Of a stretch of DNA of 48,353 nt, positions 38,518 through 48,353 are shown piece by piece. This stretch comes from Octopus bimaculoides. Taxonomy: Eukaryota. How positions within the stretch are numbered: position 1 is the stretch's first letter; each line of letters begins with the position of its first letter. The notes below the pieces were generated by a model. The model saw nothing but the letters and a program-made list of their open reading frames with translations. It did no database searches and had not been told where the DNA came from. A program made the translations under genes and the position numbers. Location of the stretch: NCBI RefSeq assembly GCF_001194135.2, contig NC_068984.1, positions 1,137,751 through 1,186,103 of the forward strand, given 5' to 3'.

Positions 38518-40399
38518 TAAGCTTCACCAATTGTGAATATCTCTTGCACATGAAACCATTACGTGCCTTCCTAACCCACAAATAAAGAATATTTATCCAC
38601 CAATGTGGCGCTGAGCTCTCACTCTCGTTGTTTGATATTAATGTATATATCAGTGAGAGCTTTCAATAGATAAAAAAATGAAATATCTTCTGATTCTGAA
38701 GAGAAGTATTTTTCTTCGTAAAGAATTTAAGCAGGCTTATTTTTACAATGGGTTAAATTTATACAGCAGAGGTGGTCGTGTCATGTGGTCGGTATGGCAT
38801 TGTGACATACATTATGTGCCAGCGTTGTATAGCCGAGTCAGCAGTGTTATATATCTGAGATGGCTGTGATATATTACTGAGGAGATACTTTTAGATATTT
38901 GCGACCGCAAATTCATAAATGAATTTGTGCAATATAATGAAATTTAATGATTCCAGGTTTAACTATAATTGTGGTTTCCACAGCTAATAATTGAGGGACT
39001 GTGGAAGCTAGTGATGTCAAAATTGCTGTCGGCTAATTAGGTTGTTTATCAAGGATTTTCTAAGATGATTTAAGGGAAAATATAGCATAGTGTCTTTCGC
39101 ATAGGAGTCTCCGTTGTTAACAGTTTTAGCTCTAAGGTCATTAATATACAAACCAAATAGTGTAGATGTAACAGAGCCTCGAGATACACCACAGTGTGGA
39201 ATATGTGTTGGTAAAATGCTTAATCTTGTGTATATTTTACATTTTACATTTTATTTCCGAAAACTAAAAACAGAGAAATGCTTAAATATTTACATACGTC
39301 CATATTTCATTTATTTGAGGAGATGAATTTGAAACATGTTTACAAGGACAAGCGATTACAATTATTATCAAATGAAATCCCATCACCAAAATGGAACTCT
39401 CTTTTCCCTTGTTATAATATTTTGCTGTTTCATTCAGACATACAACTACACACCAGCTGTACAGTTTCTAGCTTTTATTTCATTAACCAGAGATCCATTA
39501 TGTGCTACAAAATTTCTGTGGAACAGCGATATAGTTTTTCTGACAGCTTGCCATATTCCACTCTGTAAAACCATTATTCAATGGAGCCTAGTGTTTGGCA
39601 AATTAAAGGAGTTGCTTTTTCAACTGCTTAAAGGATTATCAGCCTATTGAGATACAAAATGGTGACATAGTGAAGCTCAAATATCATACCGAGTTGCGGG
39701 TCGATCAACGCCTATTGACTGAAGATGGAAGATACGGTGTTCCGTTCTGTATTGAAAGATTCTCTGAACTATGGATTGTGATCGATAAATTGTCGTGATG
39801 TATGTGTGTGTGCGCGCGCGTGTGGTTTAAGAATCCATAAGTCCAAAAATATAAGCACTCGTATATTTGTCAATAGAATGGACATATTATTCAAAGCATC
39901 GTAGATCCATTACGACCCATATTACTAAGGAATTCGCACGGGATATTTGGTAATTAGATTATTTAATAACTGTGATCATCCGAGGTGGTTGGCATCGAAA
40001 GAGTGGCGAGGAAGTGTCATCTCCGGTTTATGGGTTCTGTGAAAAAGAAGAAACAAATCGCAAGACGCAATCGCAAGAGGAATTTATCAAGAGTTATGTT
40101 CCTTACTCCCTCCGCCCCCACCAAAAAAAAATTTAAGTGATTCGGGATAATCAAAAGTGGCATTGGTACGTGTGTAGATTTTGGGGGTTATATGTTTGTA
40201 TATGTTTGCTTGAAGGTAAGTTGGACGCGTGCCCACACCCTTAACCTTAAGTGTAACTGCATGAGTGTTTGCGTGTTTGTGTGGTTTGGTGTGATCAAGA
40301 CCTTTGCCGAACATTCAAATAGTGAGAGTGGAAGGACTGAGGTTGGTAAGCGATCACATATTTTCTCTCAGCTGGGCGCGAGCGGAAAATCTCACTTTT

Positions 40400-41130
40400 G
40401 CAGTTAAGGTAGGTGTCCAAAAGAGACATTTTTAAGATAATTATTTTCTCGGCAGTGCATAGCTTACCCTTTCTGCTATTGTTAAGACTTGCATTTTTCC
40501 AGGATTCTCCATTTGATGTTGTGATTTGTGGCGCTTTCCATCAACGACCATGCATGCCTAGCCAGGGTTCTGACATTGTGTTCCTCCAGCATATTAAAAG
40601 GGACTTATAGTTGTTGAATCTCGTCCTGAAAGAACCTTCTGTCGCTCTCACATACCTCTGCACGTTTGAATACCTGCTGGCGTTCTATGAAATCACTTCT
40701 GCCTCATACACGACTTTTTCAGTGAAGCAGTGGCCGTTAAGGGGACATGTACAAATGCCTCTGCATGAGCATCCTACCTTTGCCTCGGTTGTGAGCCTAC
40801 ATACTGATATTTACTTTGTATTGGGTGCATAACTAAAAGAAATTATAAATGTGTGTCTATTAAGTATTTTACGGAACCTCTTCGTACGGAGAAAGTGTTT
40901 ATCCATTCAGGTAAGGAAGACCATAAGTACACAAGCTTTTACACTTAGGGAGAAAGAGAAGAGAAAATATCATGGGAAAGAGTCCTGGTTCACACAGTCT
41001 TTCTCGTGCATAAAAACAAGTGTAGGTAGGATTTTCCTTATCTTAGTGGGTAAACACGTTTCCCGTACGAATAGATTCCGTAAAATATTTAATAGACACG
41101 CTTTAAGAATTCTTTGTAGCTGCACACACT
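40400..41130 (-). mobile_element. Penelope-like element 3' ORF (GIY-YIG) with an inverted duplicated segment
   Basis: Minus: CPLNGHCFTEKVVYEAEV..RYVRATEGSFRTRFNN..KLCTAEKIIILK. The linker KHF.RT.RFRKI.NRH is present on both strands (40851-40945 and 41008-41101). Confidence 0.8.
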
Positions 41131-41135
41131 CACAC

Positions 41136-41177
<42 letters not shown>

Positions 41178-41184
41178 CTTTAAA

Positions 41185-42812
41185 TTGTTTCAGTTTCAAA
41201 GCTGCGGTGATGCATTGACTGTGCTACACTATTATTTGAAACTTCCTCTGGTATGTGGCATTTGGCGAATGAGGGAGTTTGATGCTGCTGCCCTCATCTG
41301 TGTTTCCTGCCGTGAGGTAGGCTCATCTGGAACCCTTGACACGAGGAGATCCAGTTTTGTTTTTAAGACACATCGGCACCATACATGTTTCTCAGGCATT
41401 TTGGAAGGATATTGAAGAGCTGTGGGCCCTTGAAACCCGAGCTGTTGCAGTATCTGGTCCTGCATTTTCATGGAGATGCTGGGATCTTTGGCACTATGCA
41501 CTGGCGCCCTATTCAGCTGTTTGTGTGACTTTCAATGCCAAAGTTTGGTACAAGGCCTTCCGGGATTTTCCAGATGTATATCACTGCATATCTTTCCAGC
41601 CTTCATTCTAGGGAGAAGAGTTTTAACTCTTTCAGTCTTTCCCAGTAGCTGATGTGTTGCATTAAGACAACTTTCTCTGTGTAGCTTCGTTAGATTGCTT
41701 CGAGTTCCGCCGTTAATTTTATATTGTGTGGTGACCAGAGTTGGGAGTTGTAGTCCAAGCGGCTGGGGACGTATACCCACCAAAGGATCATCATTGTCTC
41801 TTTTTCTTTTGTTTTGAAAGTTCGGAGGATCCAGCCAGCCAGCCGTCTGCCTTTTATTACCAAATTGGTAATATACACCTGGAAAGATGCATCATTGTTC
41901 ATGTGAATGCCCAGGTCCTGCACTGATTTTGATTCAGAGATTACAATTCCTCCAGGGCCAAGGTATATTACGTCCACATTTGAGTTGTTGAGTAACTGCC
42001 TCAACACTCAGGCAGGTCTTACCTGGCCAGGCAGCCTCTACCTGGTCGGAATCCATGCTGGGTGTCAGTCAGCAAGTCATTCAAGGAACGCGATTAGTTT
42101 TTTGCGTTCTATTCGTTCCATGACTTCACTGATGTGTGAGGTCAGAGAGATAGGCTTATAATTTTTAGCATCTGTTCTGCCCCTTCCCTTATGCATAGGG
42201 CATATTATCCCTTACTTCAGTTTGTCTGCGAGCTTACCACTTACAAGAGAGCTCTGAAAAAGAAGCTGCAGTGGTTTTGCAAGGGCTCATTTGCACGGCT
42301 AGCAACTGAGTTTGTGTCAATCTCATCTATGGCCAGTGTTACATTTTCTTCTTCAATGTTGATGCAATCAATTTTCACCTCTTTGTCTATAGGTAAAGTG
42401 GCAAAGAATTCTGTTGATTTATTCACTTACCTGTGTCCCAGAGGTGTTGTGAACACACTTTTGAACTGTTCGTTCAGTATTTCACTTATCCTCATTAGGT
42501 TTCCTATGAGGGAGCCATCAGTTTGGAAGAGGATCTTGTGGCGTATTGAGGCTGTTTCTTTGGCAAAGTTAAAGAAAGTTTTACGCTTCGACTTGATATT
42601 TTCTCTAACCCAAGCTTCTTTATCTGCTCTCTCCTTTTCGTGAGACCGATGCAGACTTTTCTCAATTTCCAACAACGCTCTCTCCGGGCCAGACTTCTCA
42701 CCACTTTTGGGGTGCCTGTTCAGGCGGTTCGCAGTCTTTTTCGTCGTTTCATAAGAATCTTGCTTTCCCTAGAGATCCTATTTTGGAGTATGTTGACCCT
42801 GCGCTCTGGGAC

Positions 42813-42814
<2 letters not shown>
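41185..42814 (-). mobile_element. CR1/L2-type LINE fragment, 5'-truncated and internally deleted
   Basis: Minus ORFs ISEILNEQFKSVF, ADAKNYKPISLTSHI, VDVIYL, VQDLGI and SRLDYNSQLWSPH. Multiple stops and frameshifts. Confidence 0.88.
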
Positions 42815-42857
<43 letters not shown>

Positions 42858-42858
<1 letters not shown>

Positions 42859-43018
42859 GACAGGCTTCCACTCGACTTTCATCTATCAAGTCCATTCACA
42901 AGGCATCGGTTAACCCGGACTTATAGCAGAAGACAGATGCACAAGGTGCCTCATTGTGGGACTGAACATGAAGCCGTTCGGTTAGGAAACGAGCTTCCTC
43001 ACCACACAGCCACACTTA
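42858..43018 (-). mobile_element. 5' part of a SINE of the 20164 family
   Basis: Reverse complement of ggctgtgtggtgaggaagc...cagtcccacaatgaggcaccttg...aagcctgtcg. Confidence 0.7.
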
Positions 43019-43058
43019 CGACTATATACATATGTGCGTATGTATTTATATACATATA

Positions 43059-43059
<1 letters not shown>

Positions 43060-43096
<37 letters not shown>

Positions 43097-43660
43097 TATG
43101 TGTATACACACATATATATTCAAGCGGGAGAGAAAGAAAAAAGAACGACAAAAAGTGGAGAAATTCCATTACAAATATAATTGAATACGTGAAAATACAC
43201 CCACCTACACACATACATACATACACCCAACCACACACCCACGCACATATACACATACACAAACACACACATCCAGTCATGCAGACATTTAATTATGTAC
43301 GTGTGTAAATACATACATACATATCTTTTATATATACTTGTTTATTTTCATAAATCTGTGTGTTTATATGTGAACTTAACCATAAATATATATATGTGTA
43401 TACATGTAACCATAAAAGTATGTGCGTGTATACGTGTAAGTTATTATACATACATACAGTGTCCTAATATTGATTTGTTCCACCACCCTCCCCTCCCACT
43501 CTCCCACTATCAACCTCTCTTCTCCACCCACACACCTTCCTTCTGTCTTTCCTATTTTCTTTATCTCTCTTATGTCTTTCTTTTGGCTTACATTCCTGAA
43601 CACACACACACTCTCTCTCTCTCTCTCCTTCTCTCTCCATCTCCCTCTCTCTCTCTCTCC
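43060..43660. repeat. (TG)n/(CA)n/(CT)n low-complexity tracts
   Basis: Direct inspection. Confidence 0.85.
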
Positions 43661-44168
43661 CCATTTTAGAATAGGTTATCAAGCCAGTAAAATATCACAG
43701 CTCACACACATATAAGAACTTCGATATTCAGCTGTTTCTGACAGCAGACACCTGGATTTTTATACAAATTCAACAGACTCTATAACCCATGGAACTCACA
43801 TATTCGAATAATAGGCAGAGATTCAATAGACGCACAGTAGAGAGACAAACTATGGCAGCTCTTAAAACAAATAGGAAAACCGAAAGGAAAATCATAAATA
43901 AATTTATAAATGTGTGTGGGGGTGGATGGGTGGGTGTTTGGGTGTTAAGAATAGAATAAGAATTTAAATGGTGATTTGTAGTCAGTCGGTTTTGATTGAG
44001 AAATGATATTTTCTGTTCATTACATGGTTTCTTATTTATTATTTGTGTGTGTGTGTGTGTGTATGTGCCTGTGTGTGTGTGTGTTTTAATCCATAATTTT
44101 ATAGTTTAAATAGAACAGCTACAATATATTTCAGTACAATGCATTAAATATAACTAGAATACACACAC

Positions 44169-44214
<46 letters not shown>

Positions 44215-44550
44215 TTAAGTGGCACAGCTACAGAGTACAGAATAAATAGAGACCAGACTGTATTCTATGATAGTTTAGATAGAACAATCGCAATGTAATT
44301 CAGAATAACAGATTAAATGGAGAACAGAATCTAATATGTGAGATTACATGAGAACGGATGCGGTATCTTTCTGTATAATAGATTAAATGGAACATAGAAT
44401 ATATTATTATACGATATTTTCCTGATGTGACTCTTCATTCCCCGTGTGCCTCTTTCCTCCTCCATGCAGCATTCTTATTTTCCCCGTGGCACTTCCCCCT
44501 TCCCTACCATCTTCTCCCCTCCCCCAATCCACTGTTTCTTCCATGGCATG

Positions 44551-44589
<39 letters not shown>

Positions 44590-46869
44590 GACTCTTTGAG
44601 TCTTGCTGAAGACATGACAACCTCTGTAGTGACGGTGCCATGATAATACATAACCGAAACCATTCTGCAAAGATATTGATATCTGTAAGGACATCCAGCC
44701 ATAAAATCGTGCCGTAGGAAGGAGATGTGGTCCTCTGGCATGTTTAGGATGACAGTAACTTCGAATAAGAACTGACTTAAATTATAATAATCCGTCTAAT
44801 ACATGGCTGTGCGGAAAGGAGACATAAAATGATGATAAGCTTAAGTAGAACGGCAAGAATACATGATGACAATTTGCTAAATAAAATACGAGAATATATT
44901 GTAATTGGTTGTCGTTATTATTTCATTTTACATTAAGTGTTCAATGTAGCTACCATTTAGTAATAGTCTACTTTTCGGAACTAAACATTTGAGGCTACCG
45001 CTGGTTTTCTGTTCGCCCCACTTAGTAGTATGTTTGGTATACAAGTAATGAATCTACAGTTAAATCTATGAACAGATATTCTATGTATCTCTAATGATCT
45101 GCTGTCTATCCTGAATATTTACAGAGTTCAAAATGTGATTAGTAATTATTTCATCAATTCCAGCGTTGAACTCTGGGCGTCGACCAACGAAATACTGACA
45201 GGAATTAACTCATTCTCTTCATTAGATTATTTACTTCAGTTAATTAGAATTATTGGCCTGTAGTTTAGTGCACCGTTGAAGTCTTTAACATTGAGGTTTA
45301 AACATTTCGCGGTGTTAATGATCGAATCCTCTCGGGGAAAATAGAAATGTTTGCAAAGTTCTTTTATCTTTGTCCATCTATGCCCTACCATTTTACAAGA
45401 AACGCTGTTTGCTTTCACAATTGTTAGCTCGTTATTTGATTAATAGGAAGTCTTAAAGAATCGTATGCTAACTGCCTTCAAATATGTCTCCTGAGGATTA
45501 AAAACAAGTCTGCTTAAATGTCCACCTGACGGGAATTCTTAATCAGTTTTGAGTGACAACTAATCCCCATTTAAGGAGAAAGGTTAGTCACTTTTGGTTG
45601 GTGGAGCCATTCATCTGCTTGGTTCCCAGAAGGAACTCGTTTAATATGGACTGCTTCGACTAGCGTCTCCCAGTTAACTTGCAATCTTATCGTCATTCAT
45701 GTTTCACTATGATCAAAACATTTTAATCTACTTTATTAAGTATGATCACGTGGTCATAATAAAGCGGATCTGAAGAAATGGACGCACTGCGAAGTTCAAA
45801 GTTCGAATCGTGTGAAAAGTTGCCGTGATTTGTAAGAAACTGATTGAAGGCAATTTGCAACTCACTTCTAAATTTCACAATATGATTTCTTAGCAAGGAA
45901 TCAACGTCATAACTAAAATGGTTAATGGAAAAGTATCAATGGATTCTAAGCACAGAAATTATTCACTTCATTAACCAATATTCAGGACCGTTTTCACTAT
46001 CCAGAACAACATCTATTGAAGACAGACACCAACATTCGGTCAACGATGAGTTGTACTTTTATCATTTCCTGAAACTGCTTAAACAAGTATCTTAATGCCA
46101 GCACATTTCCTATCAATGTTCACCTGCCTCTCTAACGCCTACACCATCACTGCTTTTCGCCAAATCTCCTTGCCTTATTGGTTTCGATAACAGAGATCTC
46201 AAAATCTAAGACCTACAGGACTTTAAAGCATTAAGCTTATCAAACTAAGCCAAAACTGAAATAAACCATTAAAAACAAAAAAGTGCATTAAACTAGTGTT
46301 TGATTCTTGCAGATTTGTAAAAGAACTTTTGTGAATAATTTAGCGGAATGGTGAGACAATTGTTGAAGGATTTACGAAGGTAATAGCATAAAAAAATGAA
46401 GTAGTTTCTATAAAGCTTTGTCATTGCCATAAATTTCTAACGTGTAATAGAAACAGTTTTCCCAAGCGCCTGGTGTGAGTTGCAAACAATTTCCATAAAT
46501 CGTTATTGAAAGATGGACACTTAAAACTGCTGACTCCTCTATCAGGTTGCTTAGTGTACTTGTTATCCTTTATTGACTCTAAAATGTATTTTCTGCTGCA
46601 CCGAAGGAAAGGTTTGCAGTAATAGTCGTTTGAATATTCATAGCACTATACTTGTAAGATTATTTTTGACTAATAACAGTAAAAGCAACGATATTTAACA
46701 AAGAGAAGAGGCAGCTGTTCCAGCTAAATGCCAGGTTAAATGTGTAATATTTGGCAGCAATAAAATCTGTTTCAATCTCTATAATTAGAAATGGCAGCTA
46801 TCTTAGTTCACCGTTAATGACCAAGTCTATATGAAACATGCAGCACTCTTGTGTTTAGGATTGTATTTC

Positions 46870-47260
46870 CAAAAATGATTCACATAAATCCAATAAGCAC
46901 GTGTTTAGAATGTTAGACCTCTCTATAATACAGCTAATGCAAGAATCTTCTTTACCATTTCATTTCAATTACATAATTGGTGAGAACGTAGTGACAACGG
47001 GATTGGTTGATACAACTCAGCAATGTGATGGTGAAAGCATATACCATGGTCTTATCCTTTTAGGAGGCCCAGAACTGCAATTATTAGCTTTTGAAATGTT
47101 TCTTTAAACACACAACTACTATAGCCGTTTACTACTAAAAAGCTGTACCTACTTGCAGAAAAATGGAGTGAGTCATCAAGAGCTATAAACAAGTGGAAAG
47201 TTAACTGCCTATGCCATGAGAATGCAGTAACGAATAAGAACAATCAACATGCCCCTCAAC
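46870..47260 (+). mobile_element. Possible hAT fossil
   Basis: DGESIYHGL and VNCLCHENAV resemble the hAT TGESIY and HCxxH motifs. Weak match. Confidence 0.25.
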
Positions 47261-47279
47261 TAATATTCAAGATAATACA

Positions 47280-47460
47280 GTTCTATATTTAAGAAATGAG
47301 GAATTATGTACATTATTTACATTATTTACATTCGACGGATATTTGTCCTCATCTTGTTTGTTGTTAACACAACGTTTCGGCTGATATACTCTCCAGCCTT
47401 CATCAGGTGTCTTGGGGAAATTTCGAACCTGGGTTCTCATTCCAAAAGTATTTTTCGATG
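47280..47460 (-). mobile_element. Penelope-type terminal repeat (solo pLTR-like) carrying a hammerhead motif
   Basis: Short GC-richer block next to (TAA)n that contains the ribozyme listed below. Confidence 0.6.
47366..47411 (-). ncRNA. Minimal type I hammerhead ribozyme motif
   Basis: Minus: gacac CTGATGA a ggctg gagagtatat cagcc GAAAC GTT gtgtt. Both core boxes, a 5-bp stem II, a 5-bp stem I and a palindromic AACGTT stem III are present. Confidence 0.8.
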
Positions 47461-47463
47461 TTC

Positions 47464-47478
47464 TTATTATTATTATTA

Positions 47479-47514
<36 letters not shown>

Positions 47515-47562
47515 GTTGTTGTTGTTGTTGTTGTTGTTATTGTTGTTTTTGTTTTTGTTGTG

Positions 47563-47612
<50 letters not shown>

Positions 47613-47627
47613 CATTATTATTATTGA
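47464..47627. repeat. (TTA)n/(TTG)n microsatellite
   Basis: Direct inspection. Confidence 0.95.
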
Positions 47628-47629
47628 AT

Positions 47630-47945
47630 GAGAGAGCAGTGTATGCCATCAAAGTGACACTGGGGTAAAATATACGAAGCCCATTATATTCATCATGGCT
47701 ACCCGTCTGATAAGGGTACACCAAACACATGCATCACAGCCATATGTGCACGACATGGTGATCTCATATCAAGATAAACAGCGCATGACCTCGCAGGTGG
47801 GGCCCAGTTAGCTTTGGTATTGAGCAGAATATTTGCTGTAGCCCATCTTTTATACCAAGACAAAACAATGTACATGATAACACTTCCGGTCAATTAAGAG
47901 CAGAAGCCATGAGAGCCACTGCCTGGTACTGCATCAGAGCATATG
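47630..47945 (+). mobile_element. Interspersed repeat (catcaaagtgacactggggtaaaatatacgaagccc family)
   Basis: Recalled as an abundant octopus repeat flanking TAA arrays. Class uncertain. Confidence 0.4.
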
Positions 47946-47961
47946 ACAATGCCCACAGGAA

Positions 47962-48030
47962 TATGACATAGTGGTTAAGAGCGCAGGCTACAAACCCCAA
48001 GATTCCGAGTTCGATTCAGAGGCAGTGATG
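47962..48030 (+). mobile_element. tRNA-like SINE head followed by (AAT)n
   Basis: A box tagtggttaagag and B box gagttcgattc. No complete acceptor stem. Confidence 0.55.
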
Positions 48031-48068
<38 letters not shown>

Positions 48069-48071
48069 TAA

Positions 48072-48353
48072 TTTGTTTTATTGGCCACAAGGGCTAATAT
48101 CAATTAAAAACCTGTAAGGACAAAGACAGGACGAAGGTTACAAAAGGTTTTGTCCGAAAAGGTAGGAAAGTTCGTCTAAACAGAGGAAGAAAACGGAGAA
48201 AGATATAATAAATAAATAAATAAATAGATAAATAAATAAATAGAACTCCCAAAGGGGGAGGCGCTTCGAAATAGGAAAGGTTACACGTGGAAAAACCCAT
48301 AAAACCACGGGAGCCTGGTCAGAAAAAATAAGAAAGGGGTATAGAGCCCTTTC
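48072..48353 (-). mobile_element. Probable LINE 3' end (L1/Tx1-like?), truncated by the window edge
   Basis: Pyrimidine-rich 3' UTR-like sequence on minus ending in aataaaacaaa next to (AAT)n. Confidence 0.3.

Noticed and set aside
39969-40010. Hammerhead-like ctgtga...ggcatcgaaa
   Set aside because: The core box lacks a base and the stems do not pair.

Overview
This is AT-rich eukaryotic genomic DNA from a gapped draft assembly, with 10 N-runs and most of them next to simple repeats. The very high (TA)n/(CA)n/(TATG)n/(GATA)n/(TAA)n density and the tRNA-derived SINE types point to an octopus/coleoid cephalopod genome (inference). No intact protein-coding gene can be firmly supported, and nearly all long ORFs in the track are microsatellite or gap artefacts. 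The window is mostly decayed mobile DNA: four mariner transposons (three clustered at 16.5-20 kb, one nested in a hAT fossil), a CR1/L2-type LINE with its RT core deleted, R4/Dong-type LINE pieces at a (TAA)n array, an RTE-like RT fossil, several Penelope-like (GIY-YIG) remnants and many SINEs. The most notable non-coding signals are an apparently intact minimal hammerhead ribozyme in a Penelope-type terminal repeat (47366-47411, minus strand), a second decayed hammerhead-like motif, a head-to-head Penelope inversion, two long hairpins, and SINEs that share one head but carry different tails. A few short + strand candidate exons are reported at low confidence. All family assignments come from by-eye translation and recalled motifs, not database searches.
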